Below are positions 1-12,500 of a DNA stretch of 64,000 nt, in pieces (position 1 is the stretch's first letter; every line of letters begins with the position of its first letter). The notes beneath the pieces are model-generated. The model did no database searches. It was given only the letters and a program-made list of their open reading frames with translations, and was not told where the DNA came from. Where the stretch lies: NCBI GenBank assembly GCA_900088475.1, contig FLMG01002136.1:11184-75183 (forward strand), in the 5' to 3' direction. The position numbers were made by a program, and so were the translations under genes. The DNA comes from Hyphochytrium catenoides (Eukaryota; Protista; Hyphochytriomycota).

Positions 1-75
1 ATGTTGGAGGTGAACCCTCAAAAGAGAGCAACAGCAACAGAGTTGCTTCAGCATCCTTGGGTGGCTAATGTGTGA
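1..75 (+). CDS. 3' end of a Ser/Thr protein kinase gene (subdomain XI), truncated by the window edge
   Basis: Frame 1 reads MLEVNPQKRATATELLQHPWVANV*, matching the kinase subdomain XI pattern (ML..P..R.TA.ELL.HPW). Stop codon at 73-75. Confidence 0.75.
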   Translation: MLEVNPQKRATATELLQHPWVANV

Positions 76-209
76 GAACTATAACGTCCGTTTACTTTTA
101 ATAATATCCCACCCTAGACAGAAGAATCTCTTCAGGGAAGCCCCACACGCTTCTCTATGCACAGGGTCATATTGCTGCGTATCCTTCCTTCCTTTATTAG
201 CAATATGCC

Positions 210-308
210 CGATGAGCTCCGCCTGGGAGACCTCTTATCTGCGTTTCTCGCCCCTCATGTTGACGTTAGTTTCGCAATTCGGGCGATGAGCTCCGCCTGG
301 GAGACCTC
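210..308. repeat. 25-bp perfect direct repeat (CGATGAGCTCCGCCTGGGAGACCTC) at 210-234 and 284-308
   Basis: Read directly from the sequence. The 284-308 copy encodes EVSQAELI at the C-terminus of the capping-like protein; the 210-234 copy lies beyond its stop codon. Confidence 0.9.
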
Positions 309-3300
309 GGAAGTTTTAGAAGAGGACGACGTTGGATAGAGGAACTGGGGCTCATCTTGGTCGTTCCCTGCTACTGGATAAGGCGCAGAGATAGGAGTAA
401 AGACCACTCCTTCCACCTGTATCAGTGCGAGTACTTAGCACAGGGGAGAAGAGGATGGATAGGATTCCACGCTTACCGCGTGCGGCACCTTGGGAAGGAA
501 GGAAGACAGGATCCACTCCGTTCTGGCGAGTTTGTATTGATCTCGCATTCGCACACGGAAAGGCTCTTTGCTGTAGTCATACTGTCCCTTCTCCAACAAT
601 CAACAGAGCACGCGATGGAAAACGGGAACAATGAGAGGGCGAAGAGTCAGGGCCAGCTCCGGCTGTACCAAAGCATCTGCTTGGTACCTGTTTTCTTGGA
701 CCTAGGATCTCGTTTTGCAAGATTTGAAGTCGTCGGTCAAGCCCGCTCTGCGCGATCAAGTCGCCCTATAGAGGTATGAGTCAAAGAAGCCAGAATTGGA
801 TAAAGTTTTGTTGACAATGTGTGAGCGAGGAGGCTGTGTATAGATGTTTACCTCTAGCGCTAAAATATCCGTAACCAAAAATCTCTGCACATCTCCTCCA
901 GGGTCGCGATCCGTGACTAGGACGCCGTCTATCAGTGTTTTATCCACCACTTCGTCCTGTCCAAGAAGATGTTAGAAACGGAATATTTGAAGAACGATTA
1001 GCTGGGTGGGTGACGGGGGACCCAAATCGGCAACATGGGCTTGTGCTAATCACTTCCAACGTAGAGCACGAGAAGAACTTACTAGGTTCTTTCTCCGAGG
1101 AAAGTGCATTGGGGGCAGCTGAGTAATATCTAGGCTTTCATCAATCGCGTACACGTTGCCTCGGAGCAGCAACAACAACATCCTTCTTCTGTCGTACATA
1201 ATGAAACCAGAATAGTTAGTTTGATAAGGTAAGAGTAACAACGGACGTCAGGTCAGTGTAGTGGATGAACCGGGACTGTCTCTTACCCTTTTGGTTTCCA
1301 TGAGACAAAGTAGTTCTTTGACAGGGTGCCTAAAGTGTGTGAAGCTGCCACATGTTCCTTCGCTAGAACTGTCTCCTATTGCCGATGTGACAAGATATGA
1401 GAGCAGAAATCCCAGCTTAGGACCCGCCTTGTGAGGAATCCCCGGGCAATGAACTCACATAGGAGCCGGGGAAGCGGTCAGTAGCCGGGGCGATTTGGTG
1501 TAAGGTAGACTTTACTGTCTCATACTCAGGAGTACCGCGCTGCAGCCGTCTGCCCCAACTAAGGGGATCTATAGTGATAGAAGGAGGCAGGGAATCACGG
1601 TATATAAGTCTCCTCTTCTTGACGACTGGAATGCTGGATTGAAGAAGGCGGACGCTAGTCAGGACTTCGCTATCTCAGGAGAATATGACAAATGCTCATG
1701 GTAAACAATCAAGGCACGCCGAACGGAGATCGAGAGAACAAGGAAGAGGAATAGATGCTAAGAGGTCGTAAATACTATTCCCTACGCTTTCTCACCTCAT
1801 TGTCCTAGGAGGTGGCGGAGGCATAAGAAAGTTATCAGTTTGTGGCCTCTTCAGATTTTTTGATACATCCGGCGCCTTTATATCCCCTCCAGAAGAGAGA
1901 TGAAGGAAAACACTCAGAGTTATTATGGCCACATACACGCATTGGCTGTGAGCCTCTACCTTCATTGGGGTCAGCAGCCAAAGCCGCCTTGTCCCATAAT
2001 GGAGGAGTGGGGCGAGGAAGGACCCTGGAGTCTGAGGCAAAGTTTGCCTGGTACTTCTTACACAGAGCCTGGCAAACGGAAGCATCAGATAAACTACTCT
2101 TTGGAACAAATAAGAACTTGATGGCGAACGCCTAGAAGTGGTCACGATGTCGAGGAAACAAGAAGCGTTAAGCTCACGCCATTTGAATAGAAGCAGGTTC
2201 AAGGGCTACTTTTAGAAGAGAGGAAATCTGACAGACAAGCAGACTTTAAAAGCGGGGAGGAAGGAGCCAAGCAACAGTAGGTAGTGGTAAACTAGTAACT
2301 GACCTCCAGGAATTGTCTCTCGTAGATGCCAGGTGACCTGGCCCCCTTAAACATAGAGACAGCTTTCTCCACAGGGCACCGAAAGTATTCAACAAGATAG
2401 CTGCCGGAGGAGAGACAGGAGATGAGATACAAGTGGACGAGATGTCTGACAGAAGGCTTTCCCCAGACGATTGATGACCAAGAATAGATTAGAGGTGCAA
2501 CTTCCTTAAAAGTTTAAGGCATCGAAGAACCAGGACCCTTATCGTTGCAGGACTGAGAGAAACAAAAAAGAGTGGCCAAGTACTTAAAGTGCCATGAGAC
2601 AAGAGGTGCCACACCTGACGATCAGGAAGCCAGTAAGGTTAAACCCAAAGTCATCGAACACGGCTATGGCCCTATTCTTATCAGGCCCACTCCAGTGCTC
2701 CTGCACCAGCCGCAAGAAGCGCCGTACGACCTCCTCCGAGGGCACAGCTCCAGAAGAGCTCTCCGGAGAACCCTCTTCTCCGGATGGCACAAGTTTCTTG
2801 TAGACGACGTCCCACTGGTCCCAGTCACTAGTAAATAGACAAGCAGGAGGTGCATGGGTAGTAAGACATAAATTTAACCAACTGGCATTGAAAGGCAGAA
2901 ACAGGGAAGTCGGATCTCGAAGACCAGATAAGTGAAGGCAAGCTGTCAGCTATAGGTTAGCCCACCTAACGTCATGATAATATCGAGAAGACATGGTCGC
3001 GTCAATAACGAGTCCGACGTCAACAGGTGGCTGATTCTTCAACGCATACATCTTATCCAAGAACGTATCAGGGGTGAAAGATTGGCTTTCATCATAGTGT
3101 GCTTCGTATCTGAGAATTTTGGGGACCGGCAGATTATTAGGAAAGCTTGGGCTATAATCAGCGGTAGAGGAAAGCGGAACGCAGTGCCCATAGTACCCGC
3201 CGCAATGTAACGATAAAACGTGCTGGGTTACAAAGGTTGGTCTGAAGACTTACACAGTAGATAAAGGAGCCTTCATGGCGATGAACGCGTAGTTCTTGCT

Positions 3301-3544
3301 AACCCTGAGGACCGAGCAATCAGGACACTGCTTCCACTGCTCAAACGTATCTGGGCTCCAACTCAGCAGCTTCCTTCGCTGCTCATCAATCGGGGTGAAG
3401 GTTGCAATCTGAGACATTTTTGTGTAGGTGTCCAATAGCGAATCAAGGTGAAGGTCAACCCAGGTCGAATCAATCGATCGAACCCGCCCTTAGAGCTAGT
3501 GAAGCCGTGGACGCTAAAGGGCAGACGCCGAACCCTAATACCAT
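255..3544 (-). CDS. mRNA capping enzyme (RNGTT-like, DSP triphosphatase plus nucleotidyltransferase) homologue with degenerate catalytic motifs and no C-terminal OB fold; multi-exon
   Basis: GT-AG exons join in frame to give WKQCPDC..AFIAMKAPLSTVYE..FTPDTFL..VGLVIDATMSSRYY..AVPSEEVVRRFL..IAVFDDFGFNLTGFLIVSYLVEY..AVSMFKGARSPGIY..FPGSY..YFVSWKPKGRRMLLL..VYAIDESL..MHFPRRK..TLIDGVLVTD..RFLVTDIL..RLQILQNEILGPRK..KEPFRVRMRDQY..VPHAVEGVVFTP. This is collinear with metazoan and plant capping enzymes. Probable ATG at 3544-3542, directly followed by an intron; stop at 257-255. Confidence 0.85.
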
Positions 3545-4414
3545 GCCCCTCCTGTCCGTGGACGGCCGCACTTCGTCATACAGCCTAGATTCTAAGAGAG
3601 GCTCCTCAGCCAAATCTCTAGCGAAGCCGTGGCAAATCTCATCGAGGGCCCAGGTGTGGAGTCTGGAGTCTGCCGCCGCTGGTAAACCGCCCTTGCAATC
3701 TGTGCTGATGACGATCGGAAGAACCTGATCTCAGGTCGAGCTGCCAATTATCCGAAGCTGAAGATCCGAGAGCAGACTGATGAAGCTTTGATGGAGATCA
3801 GGATGGCCGTTAGCAGAATTATAGTCCAAGAACAATAAGTACCGGGGGATCTCTGGAGCTGATCAGCATCATCCTTTCACTTCCGATCCTGCTTCACTCT
3901 CACTTCAAGATCATCTGATCGGCTAATTTCTTCCTCATCTCTCATACACTCTGTCTCTCTCTGTAAACTCTTGACCCCTGCTTTTACTACATCTCTTTCA
4001 CCTTCGGTCTGTCCAACTCCACCCTTCACCCCTTGCCTTTTCCCACCTCACCGCCCGATTCTTCCCTCTTCTGACCTCTCGAGGTCGCTTTGGACGTGGA
4101 AAGAGACCGCTGCGGTTGCCGTGAAGTCTTCAGATTTGACTCACCTGCAGTACGAAGTGTCCGGATCTATCTGGGACTCGCTGCTGAGGAGGCAGAGAGT
4201 ATAAGTGAAGGCCTCGCTTGTGCACTATCGATCTCAGCGACCAGCTCCAGTCACGTAGTTTCTAGCGGAAGTGATCAAACACACGCTGGCGGGTAGAGGA
4301 ACGGCTAGATAGCTGAAGCCTTTCACTCGAGCAAAGATCTTAGGCCTGGCAGCTAAAAGCTGCTTATCCAACGGTACGGAACTCCGGAAGAGATAATTAG
4401 AGGACGAAAGAACC

Positions 4415-6661
4415 ATGGCGCTTCGAGGACGAATCCGGTCTGTCCTGACGATGGTCTGGATATGCGCCAATTCTGCCGTCATTCAAACATACCAGTTCCT
4501 TCTCTATCTACTCGTGAAGCCCATCAGTCGCACAACTTACAGAAAGTTAATGAGGTCAGAGGTTGCCTGGTGATAATCATGAAACGTCCAACGCCTAACC
4601 TTGGAACTTCAACACAGCGATTTCTTGCAGAGCGCGTGGGTGCACATGGTCAATATTGCCCTGCCCAAGACTCCTTTGCACTTCAGGTATGTGGAGCGAA
4701 GAGCGGGGAGAGAGAGATCCTCAGCGATGTGAATGAGGAATACCCGCGCCATAATAGACGCAAATATTGGTGGCAACAATGCTTACCTGAGGCAACATTA
4801 CGCAGTGGTCGACTTCCAAGTGAGACTTCTTCCGTCAAGATCTTCATATCGAACCATCAGGCAGATGCTGACTGGTGGCTCCTCTGGCAAGGTAAGCCCT
4901 GGACAGGTGAAAGGAGCCTCATATGAAGAGAAGAGGTCTTGAAGCCATCTACAATGTACGCTAATCGCTGGGCAGTTGCTATGGCCCAGGGCAAGGAAGG
5001 TTACCTTAAAATCATCCTGAAAAATAGTCTTAAGAAGGTCCCTCTCTTCGGCTGGGGAATGTACCTCTTCGAATTCCTCTTTCTGAAACGCAACTGGGTG
5101 GCAGACAAAGGCAGAATCTATGGTAAGAGCGGCAAAACTGTCCCTAGTAGATCCCTCCCTCGGTCCGTGATCTTTTGTTCACATTCCGCTCACGAAAGCC
5201 TTACCGGTGACGTTTGTGTACCAAATTCCTCACGTGGCTTCTCGTTCTCCGTGGCTGCAGGCAAAATGCATTCTTTCGCGGAGGACAAGTACCCAGGATG
5301 GGTCGTTCTCTTCCCTGAGGGCACAACAGTCCACCAGGAGGCCCTAGATAAGGGGAATAATTTTGCTGAAAAGTAGGTGCCGTCAACGTTGCCTAGTCTA
5401 CTGGGTAGCGGACACCTCTTTTGTTCTAGCCTTGCACGGCGACTTTTCACCTGGGACTTATAATCTCTCAACTATCCTTTATGTCTTTGCTTGTCATCCA
5501 GCCAAGCTGATCCTTTTACCTTTGCAGGAACTCCCGCCCTACGTTCGAGCATCTTCTATTGCCGCGCACAACAGGCTTTACCGCTATTCTTGACGCACTA
5601 AAGGACTGTAAACCGGAGATCTACGACACCACTATGGCCTTTACGGGCTACACAGGAGAGGTGCGCTCTCTCGCATTGTTGGCAGAGCTGTTATTTGGGT
5701 CCTAGAGAACCCGTAGTGTAGAACCGCAGCGTTCAGAAAGGGCGATAGGGATCTTTAGTTGAGCGCATTTATACTGGGAGGCCATCAGGACGGGATGACA
5801 ATGCTCACCTTGGTATATCATCCCCGACGTTACAGATCCCAACATGGAACATGGGCTATGGGAGAAAGGTTGACAAGAACATTCCTTCATTAGCCAAGCT
5901 GTTTAGTGGAAAGGTAAGCAGCCTCGGAAGGAAGGAGGAACTGCACAGAAGCTGGTAGCTCAGATCACTAACACCTTCTTCACAACTGTAGAGTGAGGGC
6001 GAGTGGTATCTACATTTGGAGAAATTCACTCTAGACGAGATCGAAGATCCCGCGAAGTGGCTAGATGCAAGGTGGCAGGAAAAGGAGCGAATGCTTCGCC
6101 ATTTTGCAGAGCACCAGGTGAGGAAACGCCAAATCTAGAATTGCGATAGTGTGACTCCTAAAGGCCATGATAATCACTGGGTTGAGCACTGAAGACTAGT
6201 TTTATCACGCACAATAAGGAAGTTTTCTACTAGACTTGAGGGATAGTCAGTCCATGAGCGCAAGAGTTTGTGGGTCCCTCAAAGCCTTTGCCACTAAATC
6301 AAGCATTTTTGTTTGACTAGTCATGGCCAGAAGATAAATTCGTAGGGAAGGCAATGCCTCCAAGAATACTGGAGGTGCCGGTAAGGGCATGTCCGAGAAC
6401 ATCCATGCTCGCTTGCTGGGCAAGTGACTAACCTCTTTATTCTACAGTCGGGCTGGCCTAAGCTACTTAGGCTCTGGGGATTTCACATCATCAACACATT
6501 GCTCTTTCCCGTTCTTTTCCTACTCTTCTGGCCAAGTAAGTTACAAACTTCTCTCTTTCCTATGGTACTAAGTTCTGCTCCGACATATTGTAGTTCATGT
6601 CCTTCCTTGTCTGTTAATGGGAATATGCGGCGTTTCGTCCTCGTGGGTCCTTCTTTCCTGA
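4415..6661 (+). CDS. Lysocardiolipin / 1-acyl-sn-glycerol-3-phosphate acyltransferase family protein (LCLAT1/LPAT4-5 type); multi-exon
   Basis: PlsC motifs ISNHQADADWW, KIILKNSLKKVPLFGWGMYLFEFLFLKRNW, VLFPEGT, HLLLPRTTGF, IYDTTMAF, and the Acyltransf_C segment KWLDARWQEKERML. Hydrophobic N- and C-termini. ATG at 4415; the stop at 6659-6661 is approximate. Confidence 0.85.
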
Positions 6662-7073
6662 AAACCGGTCTCTACCCCGATCCTGGCTAACACTGCACTT
6701 GAAGCTTTCATTTGCGTCCTTATCTTCGCCTTCGTGGACCGAGTGCTAACGAAGGTAGACATCACCAACGGTGCCTGGCCTTACCTGAAGGGGCTAGTCA
6801 GTGGGAGAATGCAGTGGTGGCCGCGGGAAGAAGACGAGGAAGAATAGAACTAAGTTGGACAGCAGGAAGAAATATGGAGATGAACAGGACCAGAAAAGAA
6901 CAATAAGGAATAATAGATGGAGTCGATAGAGTTTTACGCACGTAGTTGGATTGGACGCCCACCATACAAAGATTTATACCCTCCGTGCTCTATTGCTCCC
7001 CGTCTGCTTACTCTTTGCACGCGTTCTCTTTTGTGAATGTTCTGTCGGGGACCCATTCCGCAGCTAGATTGGA

Positions 7074-8897
7074 CTAGACGCTAAGCTGCACCCGCTCCAG
7101 CACTTCTTCCACTGCGCGGGATAATCAATTGAGGTTAGGAGTAGAGGGCAATTAGCGTGAAGGCTGTTGAGAAGGTCCGACAGTGCAGCAAAATAGAACA
7201 TGTCAGGAAGAAGGGAAGAGGACGACAGCAAGGCAGTAGCTGCTACGACAAGGTCTCTCGCACACAGGTAGCATCGCCGTCAATTCAACTTACTACCAGT
7301 AGCAAGTAGAAAAGCGGGAACCCCAGGCAACACTCAAGGGTAGACCTAGAGCCAAACTCTTACGGTCTAGACTCACCGCGAGAAATAGATACCGCACCAT
7401 ACTCGCCCCTCGATGGCCATGCAGTCGCCACAATTCCTGCTTTATCACCGAGCGAGAACCGTATTCGCGAGACGAGTTCGTGCTTGCGGACCAACCTGTG
7501 CAGAGATTATCTGCCTTAGACTTCCTAACGTTAGCGTATACACCCAGATAGGAAGAAGAGAAAAGCCCAGAGTCACATGAAGGTGCCCTATGAAGTTGGA
7601 CGCACGTCGGGTATTTGAAAGAAAGAAGGGGAGTGAATGCGTGATAATTTTCTGAAGTGACGCGGGGGAGTAGGGGGGTGATGCAAACGACGCAATGAGG
7701 CCGGTAAGGTAATGACGGAGAGGTCAAGCCGTACTCTCTAGCAAACATGCGGCAGATCTCTTGAATAAATTCTGCATAGTCAGAGGGGGATAGCGACTTG
7801 CCAGCCCTTCCTCCTAACGCCAATGCGTCCATAGTTTCTGCCTATGAGAGGTAATTAGCGGAGCACCACAAGGAGTCTAAGAGAAAGGTGAAAGGGAGAC
7901 TGAAACCGAACTGCCAGATATGGTAAGTTCCACTATAAGAATAGGAAGGAGCTGCTTTGGCGAGAAAGTCTTGAAAACATGTACCAAGGACATGTACAAA
8001 AGGCAAGAGTTAGGCAAGATGTAACAGTCAGTTCACGAGGACCTCAGTCCGTAGCAACGAGAATGTCTCATCCAGCACCGCAAACATAGCTTTCACGCAC
8101 TCTTCCAACTGCTGTCTGCCAGGGAAGAGCATGAGAGACTGGACAAGAAGGGTTGTAGCGAACAAGCATATGGACTTTGGTCACACTTATGACGGAAGCA
8201 GAAGGAAATGTTAGGCTGTTTGAAGAGGTGCAAAGCGCAATAGTTCAAGCACAACGGATTGGCATAAAGGCAGCAACCCGGGCGGACGCACGGCCACTTC
8301 GGGAATCTTGTACGGCGAGACGCTGCATAAGAAAATAGGTTTTCCAGAGCCATCTAAGGAGTCATCAGTATCGATAGTAGAAGTAAGAGATTGAACGCTA
8401 CGAAACTGAAGGACAGAACGGCAAGAGAGCCGACCCGGAGGCCTACATGATGGCATTCAGATATCCCATAAGCTTCTCTGCTTCCGCCAGATGCTTCTTT
8501 AGCAACAAGGAGGAGATTTCCTTGCAATTCTTTAGTAGTCCGATATCCACGCCCACTGTCCCACCTTTTGACTCTGCGACCAAGGAGACTCGCGGGAGAA
8601 GGTTAGAGAGCGATGACAAGACGGTGCTTCCTTGCTGCTCATACGCTTCGAAGCTCTTGATCTGCGAAAGGAGGGGGAAAATTGAGGCCTTGGCACGACC
8701 AAAGAGAAGGATAGTAGTACCTCAGCTTCCACGGAAGAGAACAGTTTCAGATACTTTTTATGAGAGACAAGGGAACGCTTCTTATCGCTTCCAGGAGTGG
8801 GAGGTAGACCCTTCTCTCCCCGTCCACGAATTGTTGGGGTCCGATTCCTCTGCTCTGTTTGGAGTGTAGACCGTCGGTCGGGCGTCTTGTGGCTCAT
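7074..8897 (-). CDS. C1orf109/AIRIM-like protein (AFG2/SPATA5-interacting ribosome maturation factor family); multi-exon
   Basis: Exons give QGSTVLSSLSNLLPRV..LLLKKHLAEAEKLMGYL..LSPSDYAEFIQEICRMFAREY..LVRKHELVSRIRF..AW, which resembles recalled C1orf109 blocks (LLSSLSNLAEQL; SVADMLEWLQDIERHY; KRKYLLSSIQW). Confidence 0.55.
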
Positions 8898-9568
8898 AGC
8901 TTTCAGTACTTTGCGTATAAGTCTTCGCCTTGAGCTCCCTTAGCCCTTGCTTTCTAGTTCAAAATCCGTCAATAAGAATTTGCCAGGCCCTATCTTGAGA
9001 GGTGCGGGCCTTCATGACACCGCAGATGACACTCACTCTCATGCTCACTCCAGCTTGGCGGAGATGAGCTCAGAGTTGCATTGAGGAGGGAACTGGGGCG
9101 CCGATGAGCTTGGCTGAGCGCCTGGAAAGCTTGACTATCGAGCGATGAGAACAGCCCCCGATTGCCTGTTAGTGACATTTCGGGTAATCCGGGTTAAGGG
9201 GTTATGGATTCTGGGTTCTGATTGCCGCCCGTAACCCAGTGATTCATGAAGGATGACAGATTATGGGTGGCTAGGGTTTCCCAAGCTGACAAAATATGGG
9301 TTGATGGTGGTTGGATCCATGAGCATTGGAGGCGCTGATGATTCTGAGAGAGAGGCAGGAGCTTTGTGTTCCCGATAGCGCTGTCCTCCTCAGCGCCATC
9401 ACCACCCTGTGCAGCTAGAGCATTCTCATTCCTCTTCTAGAAGCAGCATTGACCAAGCAAAGGTTGGGGTGACGTGACAAGAGTTTGCGTTTGAAGTGCC
9501 AGGAAGAACTCTCCTTTGTCGCAGTTCTGCTACGTCGCCAAGTCTCGACAAGAGAGAGCCTTGAGAAG

Positions 9569-12500
9569 ATGGATGAGCAGCTCTCAAGGCAGGTTCGACC
9601 CATCTATGATGCCATTGACAGCCATAACTACAAGTCTGCCATCAAGCTCTGCAGTACGAAGAAGCTGCAGCACCATGACCTAGTGAAGGTGAGATGATTG
9701 GCCCTGGTACTGTCCCTAAGAGTAACTTACCTTCGGCTGATGCTCTCGGACACCATATCTCTGGCGGCTTCCTCTCAATCCCCAAGGTCCTGAAAGCCCA
9801 TTGCTTAGAGCGAACTGGCCGTCCGGAGGAGGCGCTAGACCTTTGTCGGGAAGTTGAGGTATCCGCCCTAGCTTATAGTAGATTTGCCTCTTGATAGCCT
9901 GCTTTATTACATGCTTATTGTTTGTTTGCCTGAAGAACAACAAGCCTACAGATGAGGCTGTTATCAGCACTCTCTGCCTCGTGTACAAGTGGATTGGCAA
10001 CCGACAAAAGATAGTCAAGGTTTATGAAAATGCTACCGCAGCTCAGCCATGTGAGTCAGAGATCGCACACCCACTTACTCCCATCCGACCATTATCACTC
10101 TTACTGACGCTTGCTCTACGTCATTGCCCTATGGGTTTGGTCTTCGCATCATAGCTGATGAGGAGCTTTGGAAGGGGTAAGCACGAAGCTACTCGATGTC
10201 TTTTCCTCTTTTGCTCGTTCATGCAAGGCTACCTTATACCCCCAACGTATCCGTCTCCCGATGCTTCATCAAGCTTACTATCCATAACACTGTCATCTAA
10301 AGATGCCATTCGCTGTCTACTTCTTCATTTTATCTGAAGGTCTGTGTAGACGCGCTTCTCACTTAGTCTTCTCTTTCCCCTGCCGTATTCACAGCCTCTT
10401 TTATGCATATGTTCGAGAGTATAATTTTCTGAAGGCCCAACAGACAGCCATGAAGCTCTTCAAAACATTCGCGCGGCCACGGTACATGTACTGGTCCGGC
10501 CTCATGGCATACCTGCAGGTCTCTTCAGGAGCTGCGCCTCCCCTTTCCCTCAGCGTCATCGCATTTCGTCCATCCTTATACGCACCATCACATATCTTCC
10601 AAGGAACTATTGCCATCCAACTCGTCGTAGCGGCCTCGATCCGTCTTGGCCTTTCTCTTAGCTCCCTTATAACTCTTAACATCTGGCGTGATCTTTTTAA
10701 TTGCCTTCTCAGTGGCCTCGGTCCTCATTCTTCTTTGACTCCAGGTCAGAAATGGAGCCCCCGTCATGATGCTCCAGCTAGCAGAAAGGATGATGACGAA
10801 GGTCCTTAAAGAGGATGAGAAGCGCAGGTAAGTTCGTGGCTAGCGATACTTCTTGATCTCTATCCCTTATCCTGGCTTTGGCGGTAAGTATGCGTATTGC
10901 CTCGACCTGAATGACTCCGCCCAAGCTACAGCTTTCTACAGCTAATCTCTGGACTATCAGTTCACTGGTCTCTGGTGCTAAATCGTAATCTTCTTTATGG
11001 CATTCAGCGCCGAGGCTGTCATCCTTTTGATAGAGATTCTTTGTGAAAGTGTAAGTGAGTTGTGAAGATTACCTAGCTATGTCTCAGAGTTTCCTGATCT
11101 AACTTGTACACCATAGGGGAAGTTCACAGAGTCATACGACACCTTCAAGACCTTTATTGATGACGTCTCTGGTGACAATGAAGCGGAAAGTGAGCAATTT
11201 TGGGTTTTGAATTTTGTTCCGGGCAACCATTGGCGTGTATTGTCTAACCGAGATTGTTCAAATAAAAGGGAGAAAGCCAAGAGCAGAAGAAGGACTGAGA
11301 GTTCCGGAAGAGCTCGTGGAGCAAGGGCCAATGCAGGTATAAGATCATACGACACCATTTTCATGTCTCTTTTTTTCGCCCTTCTAACCATTGCTCACGG
11401 TTTCTAACCAGCCTGAACTAGAGCAATCCTTCTTCCTTCATTTCACTCTTGTCTGTACGATTGTGTGGTCTCCTCCCTTATTTGATGTGTCATACGTTGA
11501 TAGTCTCGGGACAGAGAGCTTTTGGAGGCTCGTCTGCTTGCTGCAATCGAGCGTTGGCCTACGTGCCATCAACATTACAGAAAGTTGCTAGAAAAGCACG
11601 ATGCCGACGACTGGTCATTTTACTGCGGGTAAGTGCTTCACCATAAAGGAGAGTCACAAGAGGAATCTATCCGGTCCGAAGCTAAGAAAAGGCGTCCTGA
11701 GAGGAATAAAGATCCATTTTGGTATAGCACAGTTCTATCGTTAGGTGTAGGTGGGGACATCCGAGAAGGGCATACAGAGACGGTTGAGAATGCGTGTGCG
11801 GTAACTGCGAGCAACTAATTGATTATGTCCGCACAGACTTTGTGACTCGATGTCTGCAGCGGAGGGTGAGGTCTCCGTTGAGGAAGTAGAACGGTTTATT
11901 TTCAAGCTCCAAGAACGGGAAGATGACAACAACGGAGGCAAAAAGCGGGGCCCATTTTTGGCGCACATCGAGCTCCAACATAGATTAATGAGAGGAGACA
12001 TGGGCCAGGTTAAATTTAAAGGACCTCCTTTGACTGTTCCCTTTCAGGCCGGTAACAATCGTGCTTGCTTTTGCGTTCAGAGGCTTGATGGACAGCAGGC
12101 AGAGGAAGAGTTGCTGAGCAGGATCGTGCGCTATATCCAGCTATTCGGTGATAAGCAATGCTGCTTCACTGATATTGAGGTATCTTTCTCTAAGAACTTG
12201 TTAATGTTTTGCAATGCTTCCTGCGGTATGTCCTCTCTCCTATCGGGCTGTGGTAACAAAATCTGCCCCTATGGAGCTCACACTGCTTACCTATATTCTG
12301 TGTCCTTCAGAGTTACCTCTATTGGTTCCTGCATAGCGCGGAGTCTTCGGCTGCAATTCCCTCCAATGAAGCAGACTTCTGCCCTGCTAAGGCAGCTGAG
12401 CGCTGCAAATCTGCTCTTAAGGATAGGACGTCTTGGATTCAGACTATGGGTGGTACGGATGAGATCTATTCGCCTTTTTGGCTTCCTTGGGTGGCGTTAG

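Noticed and set aside
210-308. CRISPR-like repeat-spacer-repeat
   Set aside because: Only two copies, in a eukaryotic context with no cas genes, and one copy is coding sequence.
300-3500. Initial impression of a decayed non-LTR retrotransposon (FKYLA resembling the RT FKYLG motif near 2580)
   Set aside because: The motif lies in an intron; the region is fully explained by in-frame exons of a capping-enzyme homologue.
9272-9279. Telo-box (TAGGGTTT) in the C1orf109-like/NAA25 promoter
   Set aside because: A single 8-mer is expected by chance about twice in 64 kb.
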